Of a DNA stretch of 64,000 nt, positions 38,620 through 51,500 are shown in pieces (positions within the stretch are counted from its first letter, which is position 1; every line of letters starts with the position of its first letter). The DNA lies in NCBI RefSeq assembly GCF_009914755.1, contig NC_060928.1. One strand, given 5' to 3'. Source of the stretch: the human T2T-CHM13v2.0 reference genome, Homo sapiens. The position numbers and the translations under genes are program-made. The notes under the pieces were generated by a model, which worked only from the letters and a program-made list of their open reading frames with translations, made no database searches and was not told the origin of the DNA.

Positions 38620-39565
38620 ACCTCTTACTCCTACTTCGCTTTTGTGATAACAAGGCTTTGACCAGCTTCTTGCCCATACTACCCAACAGCACCTTGCCTC
38701 AGAGCCAGAATGCATGTCTTTCTTCCTGCCCAAGGATTTCTCTAACCAACAGAATAAGACATCAATGGAAATACTGTAATAGTCACACATACCCACCCAG
38801 ATGTGAAGGGATTAATACACATTGTACCCTTGTACAATGAAAATAAAAGCCAATGGCTAAATACTTATTCTTGTTCCACAAAATAGACAGTTCTGAGCTG
38901 CATGTCAGAAGTCTCAGAAGATCTTACAAATTCAAGTGCTTATGCCTCATAACTCATTTTCATACTACCTTGTCCTCCTTCCACTCTTACAGCGGGATAA
39001 TTAAGGAATCAGAGAGACCAAGAGGTTGAGGCGGAATTATTTAATTATTTAGGTGCACTGGCCCAGTCGGATTAACATCCAAAGGACTGAGCCCTGAACA
39101 AAGAGTCGAGCTACCTTTTAAGCATTTTGTGGGGCGGGGGGAAGATCTGTGCAGGGGGAAGCATATTACAGTAAGAAACAAAGACAGTTATTCAATTAAG
39201 ACATGCATTACATTATTTCTTACTTTTCAAGAAACAACATGTTTTATGACTTCAGATTATTTGTTTAGTGACCTTGCAGCTGCACAGCTAGAGAAACACA
39301 GTCTTCACAAAGCCTGGGAAAGGGAGAGATAAGGTTCACTAGCCACAGAAAGACAGGCAGTCAGTTTTTGAAGGACTCCAGCTCTTTCCCTTCTTCAGAG
39401 GAAACTGGGTTTTCTTACATACAACTGAGTTTTTGCTTACACATTTTTTAATTTCTTTTAATTCCTGTTCCACTCTTGCTGTTTAGGATCACATTCTCAA
39501 ATCAACTTTCTGTCTGCAAACATTTGCCTTAGACAGTTGTTCAAAGGATACTCAGTCTAAGATTG
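38620..39565 (+). mobile_element. Old ERVL LTR (LTR16-like) split by an ERV1 LTR
   Basis: GACAGTTCTGAGCTGCATG then, after the insert, GGATCACATTCTCAAATCAACT...CAGTCTAAGA, followed directly by ERVL internal sequence. Confidence 0.5.
38988..39472 (-). mobile_element. ERV1-class solo LTR (LTR15-like)
   Basis: Minus strand starts TGGAACAGGAATTAAAAGAAATT...AACTCAGTTGTATGTAAGAAAACCC; 4-bp TSD CTCT at 38984-38987 and 39473-39476. Confidence 0.75.
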
Positions 39566-41400
39566 CTGGTACTATGTTCTTAAAAAGAAACCCTTGAGAT
39601 GGAATTTTTGAGCTTGTTCACAAGTTAGATGCAATAGAAATTGTTAAGTGTGGATAAACCCTGGTGTGAAGTAGCAGTATTATGGCAATATCACAATTAA
39701 TAATGCTCTCACCTGTGTTGAAGTGGGATGAATCACAGGTAAATGGTGAAAAGTTGAGTTATATAAGAGTTATAATACATGAGAGGAATGAGGCAATGTC
39801 AATTGACAGCATTGTGGAATTGGCTAGATTTGCTAACAATATTTGAAATCTTAAAAAAAGGTAATTTCTCAGATTGTCGAACCCTTAATTCATTCCTGTG
39901 AAAGGAAGGCAGCTTCAGCGAAAATAAGGAAATCTTAATTCCCAGAAGAACAATGTCCTGAAAATAAAGCTGAACTTTATTTGTAAGGGAGGCAAAACTG
40001 CAAAGAAGATTCAGCACATAATCTAGAGGTCCTCTGTGTCAACATCAGGGCTCTTATAAGGTAAGGGTAGGTCCGAAGGATTGGGAAGAGAATATTTAGG
40101 TGAGCTTCATTCCTTCGGGTGCAATCAACTGCATTCTTCCTGCAACCTAAATGAACTTGTAAGAGGATACCAAGCTCCAGATGAGAATGCAGCCACTGCA
40201 TCTTGCTTTTAGTCTTGCAATATTCTGAGCAAGAATCCTAGCCATTATATGCCCAGACTTCTGACTGGAATAACCATGAACAGATGCTCTCTTAAGCCAC
40301 TAAGTCTGTGACCATTTGTAATGGGTCATCTCTGACTTTGGAATTCAGCATCCTCAAAAAATCTGTAATTAGGCTAGAACACAGCTATGATGGTATCATG
40401 AAGCTTAGATACAAAGATTGGTGACAGATAAGAAGGTAGTGTTGCCAGAAATACCTTGACATAGTTAGAGCAAGAAGTTAGATGGGTTAGGAAGGTCGAA
40501 AAAGTTAAAGAATGACAGTACTCATCCATGACTATGTTTTCTGAGAAGAAAACTAACATTTCTAAATCAATGAAGAATCCACTGCTGTGGATGAACATCA
40601 GCATCTATAAAATACTCAGTAAAAACTCTATTTTGCAGTTTGAGATTGTCAGTAGTAATTGCTGTCATGGAACTGAACTTCTTAGTGTCAGTGGAGATGA
40701 TAAAATATGAGAATAGCAGAGACTGGTTGGCAGCACATCATCAGGATTCTCTTCTTCAATCACAGAATTCATTTGATTGCACCTGAAGGAATGAAGCTCA
40801 CCTAAATATTCTCTTCCCAATCCTTAAGACCTACACTTACCTTATAAGAGCCCTGATGTTGACACAGAGGACCTCCAGATTATGTGCTGAATCTGCCGGC
40901 ATTGGGGAGTTGAGGTCATAGCAATTACCATAATGAGCAACAAGTTAGAATATGATCAGAATACTTTGTACCAAAGGAACCAATAGCCATAGACAGCAAA
41001 CTAGGTCGTCGATTGACTTACACTAAAAAAAAAGAAAATAAATCAATAAAGCCAAAAAGTTTAAGCCCTGCAAGGAGAAATTTAACATCTACTATCTCAA
41101 AGAAAAACTGGCTCTTACTCATTATCATATCTAAGCCAGTTCAAAGACCCAGGCTCTATCAGAAATATATGTGATAAATCTTCCCCAGATATTTACCTGA
41201 AGGGACTCAGCCATTTACTAGAGTATATTTGCACTTGGAGAGAGTGAAATACCAGACACTTTTAAAAGAATGTCAGATATAGAGTCAGCTGAAATTGATA
41301 GTAGAGGACAAAGAAAAACTATCATGATTTTCCAGCTGAGAGTGGGATATACTTAAATAAATAAGTTATGTGAACAATGTGTGTCAAGAGGGAATTGAAT
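39566..41400 (+). mobile_element. Decayed ERVL (HERV16/ERV3-16A3-like) internal gag-protease region, with an MLT1E-like fragment at ~40102-40325
   Basis: ERVL gag-like landmarks (GCTCTCACCTGTG, GAATAGCAGAGACTGGTTGGCAGCAC, GCAATTACCATAATGAGCAACAAG, AGCCAGTTCAAAGACCCAG, CCATTTACTAGAGT); MLT1E motif AGCTCCAGATGAGAATGCAGCC. Confidence 0.7.
40007..40894. repeat. Inverted repeat with 122-bp arms at 40007-40128 and 40773-40894
   Basis: Manual alignment gives 117/122 identical and no gaps. Confidence 0.95.
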
Positions 41401-41464
41401 TGGCATTGGCGTCAGTATATTCAGGAGAGGCTGGCCTAGAGTAGAAAGAAAAAATAAATTGTAT

Positions 41465-42620
41465 TTATACATTTATTTAATAAATAGTGCTTGAATATCT
41501 ACTATTCACCAGGCTCTGGGGAATAGACACTGTAGACACAGTGGTAAACAAGGAAAAGGAGTATGTGCTTACAGAACCTATATTCTATTTGAGGAAAGGG
41601 AGAGATAAGTAAGCAAATTCACATAATGAAAGCAAAATATAAAATAAAAGTGTACTCCTGAAGAGGAATTTCTCAGTGACATGAACAAAAAGAAAGCATG
41701 TTTTCTGTTGTATTTTAGGTTGAATAACTAGGGATGTTGAATAACACTGGAGAAGAAAAGCAACTGTAAAGACTCCAAAGCAAAGTTAGTGTTCAAGAAA
41801 GAGTCAAGCACTCAATGGGGATAGAATTGAGTGAGCTGAGAAAATTCAAAGGCCATCATGTAATGCAGATTGTCATAGGCCAGATCACAGAGGGTCTTTT
41901 AGGCCATAGAGAAGACTTTGAATTATTCTAAATGCTTTGAAAGTTATTAGAAGGATTCAAATTTCAGTTAATTTGATAAATGTTTTAAACCTATATGTAG
42001 TATAGACTTGAGGCTAAGTGTGATGGGGACAGAGAGAGGAGGTGTGAAAGCAGTGAGATCAGTTGGAGATACTACAGTAACCCAAGTGGTCTTGACAGTG
42101 ACTTGAACAGAGCAGCATTGATAGACCCAGTAAAAAGAGATTAAATTCTGGAGATGTTTTGAAATACACTGGAGGACTTGTGAAGGAAAAAGAACATACA
42201 CTATCCTAGAATTGTGTTCTTATGAAAAGGTGGTGAAGACCTCAGGGAAAGGGGGCACATTTGGAGACACAAATCAGGAGTTCTTTTATTAACATGTTTA
42301 AATTTAAGTGTCCGTAATAAGTAGGCAATTTAACATAGAAGTCTATAAACAAGGGAGAGTCTAGTTTGGTGATATTAATTTGGTGATCATAAGCATAGAC
42401 ATGGTATTTATGGCCATAGGCCTATATAAAATTATCCAAAGAATGAGTGTGAATGAAGAAGAGAAGGCAAAATGTATGAACAGTGTGAACTGCTGACAGA
42501 TATAATAGAAAAAAGAGGAAGGGACAATGGAAGAAACTGTAAGGAACAGTCAGTTGGGTAGGAGAAAATGGATTTGGTATGGAATACATAGATAGCTTTG
42601 GAAAGTTGCCTGTGGCTACC
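41465..42620 (-). mobile_element. L2 (L2a-like) 3' portion
   Basis: ATTTATTTAATAAATAGTGCTTGAATATCTACTAT...GGCCAGATCACAGAGGGTCTT...GGAGATACTACAGTAACCCAAGTG...AAATCAGGAGTTC. Confidence 0.8.
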
Positions 42621-44159
42621 ATAACAAGTGTTACAAGCAGGGCACTGATGTTGGAATATGATGTGGGTGCATTCCATCCTTTAAGCTAAAATGAAGTGAA
42701 TATAGTCACGTCCAGGATAGTGTACAAAAGAATTGACAGATATATTGACAATGCAGAGATTCAACTAAGCTCACTCACATATCTTAGAATTTGTGCAATT
42801 CTGTATATAATTTACAATATCCTGAGACCCTGAGCAGTGACCATCAGAGCCATGGTGGTTCCATTCAAAACATGGAAATGGGTTTTCTCTGGTCTATGAA
42901 AAAAAATGTATTTTTTGACGCATAAAGGGTCTGTATTTCTCAGACGCAAATCAGGATGAGCTAATCCTGATAGCACTTGGGTTTTTGTAAACAATTTTAT
43001 ATAAAATTATATTTCCCCTTCTCTCAGAAGACGGTTGCAATTGTTGTCAGAGGAAATCAAGACAAATAAAATGTGGCTACCTTGCATAAGGTTGCATGAA
43101 AGAATTCCCACAATAGCTGTTTGCTAAAGGCAGTGTTTTATAGTCTTAATTATAACACAACTGGAAAATCATAGAGTGCATATTCAAATTCATTTACCTT
43201 ATTTGTTTTTCACCCTTAGGTACAATATTGTAAACAACTGTATTTGAAATCTGAAACAGATTTATTTCACACCAGTGTTTATTCATTCTTAGTCAAATGG
43301 ACTTCCTTCTAGCAGTATGTCATCATGTATAATACTCTGGCAAGCCAGCATTTTCATTTCATTAAATGGCATATATTTTATGGCTCCAAATGCTTTTTAT
43401 TTGTTACTGAAGAATCTAGTAATAATTGTACAATGTGAACTCCTGATTACTAGGAGGATATTTTTGCAAAGTAAATAGTTCACTAATTACCACCTTCATA
43501 AACATTAATGCATATGAATAAAAGACAAATATACAGGAAAGCCATCACAATATTTTGGCTTTACCACTACGTGAAAGTCTAGTCATCTCTGAGAAGTAGA
43601 TACCCACTTATTTTGAGTGAAGTGAAATAAACCAAATAAAGCATTTGATAATGGATATAATGAAGTCTAATTAGAAAACTAGACAGATGGATATGTTTTC
43701 CCATATCTGATTTTCACATCTCTTTGGGAATCTAAAGCAATTCTAGCATTACATATTAGATTTCTTGTTCTCCAGATTTCAAGTCAAGGTGTAATAGCAG
43801 CAGAGACGTGAATGTATTAGTGAAAAATTAGCTTTCAGGAGTTAGGATTGAAGGTCATAGAGAAGATGGTGATTCCCCCTACTAATCACTTGAGTAGGAC
43901 TTGCAGTTTGTTCTGTGCTACATCTTTCCTGTGTCATAACATATCGAAGGAAGTCACAGATGAGCTAAAACTAAACTCTTCTGGGAAAGGAGATCTGACG
44001 ACCTACCTCTCAAAGATGCATTCATCTTCAAATGACATCCTCCCTACATTTTATTGGATTCTATAATTCATTTTGGGGAGACAAATGAACTGGTAAATTA
44101 TTTTAAAATGTTTCACCACTCAAAATTCTAGGCAAAAAGTAGAAAACACTAAAGCACTC

Positions 44160-44762
44160 TGCATTTATTTACAAAGAGATTTCATAAAGGGAAATATGAA
44201 ATGATACCAAAATCACTGGAAGAAATGGAGAAACTCATGCTAGTCAGGTACTTAAGGAATGACACCCAAACCCTAAGAACTGGCCTGCCAAGAAAGCTAC
44301 TCTCACTGAAGCCACCACAAAAGCCATTGAGATGATGATCATACTGCCATAGTCACATTCCAGACAGCAGAAAGCCAGAGAGTCAAGAAGCCATCACTAC
44401 CACAAATGTCTCCTAACATACAAAGTTGGTGCTTGGACTCAGGCACATGATAACTGCCTATCTACAATGAGGAAGCTGGAGAAAAGAAGCTGGAATACTT
44501 CTGCAGAAAAATTTCACATCTCCAGGACCTTGCCTACCCAGAGAAAACAGCAAAAGGACCAAAAAATGGTATCATTCTCACTTAGATTTTTCAAATTTCA
44601 TATGGGTGGACCTTTCTGGTGGAAATCAATAACATCAAGAACCTTAGCTATAAAGGAGTATTGTAAATGTAATTTTTTAGTTTTTCAATATTTGCATTGG
44701 GAACACTACCGGAATGTTGATGGAATGAAGGAGGAGGAAAGCAACCTGCGATACCTACCACA
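44160..44762 (-). mobile_element. Ancient LTR (LTR78/LTR79-like)
   Basis: GAACCTTAGCTATAAAGGAGTATTGTAAATGTAATTTTTTAG...ACCTACCACA end; family uncertain. Confidence 0.45.
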
Positions 44763-45339
44763 CATGCAATTTAAAAACACGTACAATTTCAAATGCAAGT
44801 AGTATAAGAGAATGCTTTTCACTTTAGATTGCATACACTCATATGCTGATAATGTTGCCAACATTTCCAGATACTCATCCTTCTCTAAAGTTTAATTAAA
44901 TTTCATTGGACAACAGTTATGGAGTAAAGTAACACAACATACTGTGTTTCTTCCAGTTTCTAAATCTTTGTTAAATGTTATGTATGTTTTACTGGGAACT
45001 TATTTTCTCACATTTCATGACAAGCATAAAGATTAACCACTCATTCATATGTATTTAAACATCAATAGTGGTGAGAGCACAAACTATGGAAGTTGATCGT
45101 TATTTTGAACTAGTAAATAAGTGTTTTTTTATTTTTTTGGTACTCACAGTGACAATAACGAATCTGACTTTTCTGGACAATAGGATAATTGCCATAGTCT
45201 GAAAATTTTCCTATCTCTTAAATGATATATTAAAGTCAATTTTTAACAATTTCCTCTTTCGATCTATCAATATTAAATAAATTTCTTTTGAAATAATATT
45301 ATGAATCAACATTTAAAATTGATTTATTTGCTTGTTTAA

Positions 45340-47870
45340 CTCCCTTAAATAACATTATCAAGGTCCTGAGTTTTACATAATATGGCCTGAAGACTGAAAA
45401 TTCAGTAGTGGGTGAATCTGGCACCCCTTGTTTTTTGTACCCTGACAAAACAGTCTATTATCCTCCTTGTAATGAAGGCAAACTTTTAGGGCCTTTATTA
45501 GTACTTTTGAAACAGGAAGTGCATTAAAAAGTCAAAAACTGTGGGATGGGTGGCTGCCTTTACAGCACTAAATATCTTCAGAAAAGAGAATGACAAGGGA
45601 AAGTCTTCAAAATATCTATCATTTTGGCTCAAGGTACAGGAAGAAGCATTGAGACTATAACAATATTAAAGTAATTGCCAAACTTTCAGTATCACAGGAC
45701 TGACATCTCAAACAGCACACTCAGTTTTAGCCTGGATATTAACAAAGTTTGACATCAGGTGAATTCACAGCTGCTTCAGGATTGTTAAATGAAGACTATG
45801 GCACTGACAAGGAAAAAGGAATCCAGAACTGGGATAGACATTTTGTGGGAGATTCAGAAAATTCAGCACACCCTGAGCCCACAAACAGAATTGGCCAAAA
45901 TTTTCTTGTTTCTCATTTGTCTTAAATGTATTCTTTCATGAAGAAGACACTGTCATAATAAAAAAGGAAGCCAATTCTCTCCATACTCCATCCTTGCCCT
46001 CCCCATTATCTCCAGATCCATAGCCAGAGTCATGTCATAGCCTGCTTCCAAATGGTAAGAAGGAAGTTAAAGTGTCAGCCCAGGAAAGCTAAGAGGCATA
46101 TGCCAACTTTTTTTATTACCTTTGTTAATTTATATTAGCAAAGATTTGAGTAACCAGAAGGAAAATTAATTTAAGGGCACTAGAAATAGGGGAGAATAAT
46201 GTTGCATGAGGCTATAATTTTAATATGTGTGCACTTACTACAGATCTCAGGATCAATGTGTGACCCTGAACATTTGAGAATGGTTTTATTGGCTTTCTCA
46301 GTTGGGTAACTGAAATGTTTACCAAAGCATGGCCTTTGCCAAATAGAGTTGTGATGCCAAAAAAAAAAACTTGATATAATGTAGAGGAAGGCATCTAATT
46401 ATTCTGTGAAGCAGGAATATTCGAGTGGATTTGCCAGTTATGGCTCAACCACCCACCTAACTACTTCCCAGAAGACATGCCCGTCTCAAGATAGACCTTG
46501 AGAAATGCGTTGTTGCTGGGAGCACCAGTAGCTTTGAAATTATTTAAATGAATACATTATTTAATTGGGCTAGAGTGTTAGAGATGCTTCAATGCTGCAG
46601 GTGAAATGGACTCCCTGATTTTGGTGGCCAGAAAGTTACTAGGTAGGAGAATCAAAAGAGTGACATAAATACTAGGAGCAGATTTGTATGAATAACCACT
46701 TCAGGCAGCAGAACATCACAATTATTACCATCCTTTAACCTCTAGTGATCTTTATAGCAAGCACTTTGACAACAGCATTGATATAGAATGTGTACTAGGA
46801 AGGATCATACTGTATTTATACAGCTTTATATATTATATTTATATTGCTAAAAAAAAATCCAAATTGGATGTGCAGAATTCTGAAGCGATTCACTACAGTG
46901 GAGAGTCATAACTTCTCAATAACGCTCCAGAACTAAATTCCTTAGCAGACCTGGTATCCTTGAATTAAGAGGATGTCAGGCACTTATGAGGAAAGATCCT
47001 ATAATGAAATCACAAATAAATACTAAGAATATACCTCCTAGCCTTCCCCAGAAGAACTTGTCAAATTTACTACTGGGAACTGGCTCTGACTTGATACTAT
47101 TTCCCAGCAAATAAGTAAGAAGTCATGGAGGCTTAAATAAAACTGCAATTTTGGTCTGTTTTTGGCATCCCCACTTCTAAAGTGTATGGTTTCTGAAAAT
47201 AATATAAGCAGTTGGCAGAATCTTGGGTAAAAGTTATAAAAGGAGGAGCCAAGCTACTATAGTTTATCTTCTCTAAGAAAACTATAAATAAGAAGCAATA
47301 CTATATCACTAGAAAAGTCAGAGATAAGTACCACCATGAAAGACTCTGAAGATGCAGAGTAATGATTTATATAACGGCCCATTTAACTCTCTGATTTGAC
47401 CAGTTTCAAAGACAGATGGGTCTTTGAGAATGACTGGATTATTGTAAGCTTAATTAGGTGGGGTTTCTGATTGCAGCTGCTATTCCAGATGTGAAACTGT
47501 AGAAATCAGTAGAAAAGGGCAGACAAAAATTGATATTTTCACACTAGGATAAAGTTTTACTAGCATTTCTTGCTGTCTCTTTTATACGATGAAGAGATAC
47601 TCTAATGTAAAAAATACACGCTAATTTCTAGTCAATGTGTTATGGACTTCCTGGAATTTTCTGGAATTTGGGAGGAGCTAGAAGCTTTAGAGAAGATATT
47701 AAAAGATGTACAACTCAGGAATAGGTTCAAGCCGTGGGAATGATTCTGTGCCACATGAACATTTACTAAGAACTTCACCACAGAGGAAGCCATTAATATT
47801 AGGGTGTTCAAACTGACTCAATCAGAAAGTTAGTGTGGCTGTCTTTTGCCACTCCACTGCTTATCTTCTG
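45340..47870 (+). mobile_element. Decayed ERVL internal region (gag plus pol remnants)
   Basis: 47325-47493 matches ERVL pol (ISTTMKDSEDA...PFNSLI.PVSKTDGSLRMT.DYCKLN.V...IAAAIPDV, frameshifted); gag-like motifs upstream. Confidence 0.78.
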
Positions 47871-47899
47871 GGCTTATAAATACCACACCTAGGGAGAGA

Positions 47900-48360
47900 G
47901 CATCACTCTAAGTGCCAGATTTTTATTCATTTGCTCCTAGTTGTGTTCCCTTCCCTGGTCCTTTAAAATTATGCTTTCTAGGATCCCCTAACAAGAGGCT
48001 TCAGTTAGAGTCAGGCAATGGGAAGCCCTGGAGGAAGATGGGCGGGCAGGAGGAAAGGATAAAACAGAGAATTTGTCCTTCTCCCTTTCTCCACTTGCTA
48101 TGGAATCCACAGAAGTAGATTGATCGCTGTTGTGTCAGTTTCTGCCAGGAAGCCCTAGTTCTTAGAGTCCAGTAGCCCCTTCATCTTCCCCTTCTGCCTT
48201 AAAAGTGGTAATGACTAATTCCTGATTGTCTCACTGAAACGCTGGGTGGCTCTCGGGCTCTTCTAACACCTTTGTAATAAGTTCCTTGTATGGAAATAGA
48301 AGGAACTTTTTTGAACTCTCTCATATAAGCTCTGTTTTGCTAAATGGTTTCTGACCAGAA
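47900..48360 (+). mobile_element. Old ERVL LTR (LTR50/LTR41-like)
   Basis: GGCAATGGGAAGCCCTGGAGGAAGATGG...AAGTGGTAATGAC...CACCTTTGTAATAAGTTCC. Confidence 0.45.
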
Positions 48361-48586
48361 CATCCAGCTTCTGGGGCATATGCAAATAGGTTCTGGTTAA
48401 AACCTCCATTGCTTCCATATCAATGGCTTCTTTTTCCTCCCTAATCAAGTCTGTGTTTGAAATACCAACTGCCCAACTTCTCTTTTTTTCTAATTCATTT
48501 TCTGAACCTGTTCTCCTAATCTTTAAGCAGTTCTGCGATAACCTGATAACTTTTCAATAAGTTTCTTTTAAAAAAGCTTACTACAG

Positions 48587-51500
48587 AAATGCTTAGAGCA
48601 AGATGGTGGAATGGAAGCCTACACCACTCATAACCCCAATAAGAACACTAAATTTTTACAACTATCTGCACACACAAAAAACCATCATTTCAGGAACCAA
48701 AAATCAGGTAAGTAATCGCAGTACCTGGTTTTAACTTCTTATCATGGAAGGAGGCATTGAAGAGGACAGGGCAGACAGTCTTGAATCATAGATGTCACCC
48801 CTCTCTTATTCATTTGCAGTGGCCACATGGAGTGGAGAGTCTATGCATTTGGAGAAGGAAGAGCATAGTGACTGGGGGACATTACATTGAACTCAGTGCT
48901 GCCCTATCATAATAAAGAGTAAAGCCATGCTGGATTCAGCCAGTGCCTATGCATGGAGAAACATCTGGACCAGACCTGGGTAAAGGGGAACCACCCATTT
49001 ATCAGTCACTATTCAAGTTTCTTGGCAAGCCTTGCCGCTATGGACTAAAGTGCTCTGGGGTCCTAGGTAAACTTTAAAGGCAGTCTAGGGCAAAAGGACT
49101 GCAACTCCTAGGCAACTCCTAGTGCTGGGCTGGACTCAAAGCCAGAGGATGAGGGTGGCAAGTGGCCTAGGGAGACACCAGCCAGCGTGGCTAAAGAAGT
49201 ACTTATTCCATCCCTCCCACAATGCCAGGCAGTGCAGCTTACAGCAACAAAAATTGTTCCTTCCTTCTGTCCAAGGGGTGGAGAGTGAAGAGTAAAGAGG
49301 ACTTTGTCTTGCATCTTGGATACCAGCTCAGCCACAGTAGAATATAGCACTGGGAAAGATGTGAGGCCACCATTCCAGGCCATCACTTCCAGGCATTTCT
49401 AGACATACCCTGGGACAAAGGGGAACTCACTGCCTTGAACTAAGCACCCAGTCCTAGAAGGATTCATCATCTGTTTACAAAGGAGCTCTTGGCCTTGAAT
49501 AACCAGCAGCAATAACCACATAGTAAGCTATGGGCCTTCGGCTCTGAGGCATGCTTAGTACAGATGTGACCCAGCACACTCCCAGTTGTGATGGCTATGA
49601 TGAAACACTCCTTCTGTTTGAAAAATACAGAGGGGAAAGTAACGGGGACTCTGTCTTGCACCCTTAAGTATCAGCTCAGCCACGATGGGGTAGAGTAACT
49701 AGCCAGCTCTTGGAGTCCCTGAATCCAGACCTAGGCTGTTGTACAGCATTTCTGGACTTACCCTGGGCCAGAGGGGAGCCCACTGCTGTGAACCATGAGT
49801 CCCAGGATTGGCAGGATTCGACACAAGCTGACTGAAAGGCCCTTGGGCTTTAAGTGAACATTGCCAGTGACCTGGCAGAACCCCCCTGTAAGCCCATGGT
49901 GGTGGTGCCCAGAGGGAAAGGCTCTTCCACCTATGGATAGGAAAGCGCAAGATGGAGTTCATATTGCGGTTTGAGTGCCAGCTTAGCCACGAGAGAATAG
50001 AATATCAGGCAAATTTATAAGGATTTTGGCACCAATTCCTGGGTTGCAGAAAGCATCTCTGGATGTGCCCAGTGCCTGGGGGAACTCACTGCCCTGAAGG
50101 GAGGAGAACAGACCTACCTGGCCTTGCCATCTGCTGATTATAGAGCCCTAGGGCCTAGAGTGAACATAAGTAGTAGCCAGGTAGTAGTTACAGCAGGCCT
50201 TAGGCAAGATCCAGTGCTGTACTGGCTTCAGGTCTGACATAGTGCATTCCCAGTGGTGGTGGCCCTATGGGTAATTACATTGCTACATCCCCAGTTCCAA
50301 ACAGCATAGTGCAGAGAGAGAGACTCAATTTGCTTGGGAGAAAGTAAAGGAAAAGAACAAGAGTTTCTGTCTGGTAGTCCATAGAATTCTTCCAGATATT
50401 ATTAAAGACCACCAAAGTTATACCCCCTATGAGTCTGCAAAAACAAGAGCAATATTGGACTTAAAGCTAAAGTCCCTTCAAATACCTGGAAAGCATTCTC
50501 AATAAGGACTGGCACAAAAAAAGCCTAGGCTGCAAAGAATAAATACCTAGCTCATTAAGGCCCAGAAACAGATGAATATCTACAAGCATCAAGATCATCC
50601 AGGAAAACATGATCTCCCCAAATGAACTAAATAAAGGACCAAGGACCAGTCCTAAAGAAACAGAGATATGTGACATTTTAGACAGAGAATTTAAAATGGC
50701 TGTGTCGAGGTAACAAAAAAATTTAAGATAACACAGAGAAGGAATTCAGAATTCTATCAGATACATGTAACAAAGAGATTGATATAATAAAAAAGAATCA
50801 AATATGAATTTTAGAGTTGAAAAATGCAATTGAAAAATGCTGACAAATACATCAGAGTCACTTAATAGCAGAATTGATCAAGGAGAAAAAAGAATTAGTA
50901 AACTTGAAGACAGCCTATCTAAAAATGCACAATCAGAGAATACAAAAGAAAAAAGTAAGAAAGCATGCCTACAAGATCTAGAAAATAGCCTCAAAAGGGC
51001 AAATCTAAGAGTTACTGGCATAAAAGAGGAAGTAGAGAAACAGAGAGGGGTAGAAAATTTATTCAAATAAATAATATCAGAGAACTTCCCAAACTTAGAA
51101 AAATGTCAGCACTCAAGTACAAGAAGGTTATAAAACACCAAGTAGGTTTAACCCAAAGAAGACTACCACAAGGCATCTAATACTCAGACTCCCAAAGGTC
51201 AAGGATAAAGAAAGGATCCTAAAAGCAGCAAGAGAAAAGAAACAAATAGCATAAAATGAAGCCCCAGTAAGTCTGACAGCAGATTTTTCATTGCAAACCT
51301 TACTGGTCAGGAGAGAGTAGAATGACATATTTAAAGTGCTGAAGGAAAAAACTTTTACCCTAAAATAGTATATCCAGCAAAAACGTTCTTCTGGCACAAA
51401 GGAGAAATAAAGGCCTTCCCAGGCAAATAAAAGCTTAGGGATTTCATCAACACCAGTCCTACAAAAAATGCTAAAAGGAGTTTTTCAATGAGAAAGAAAA

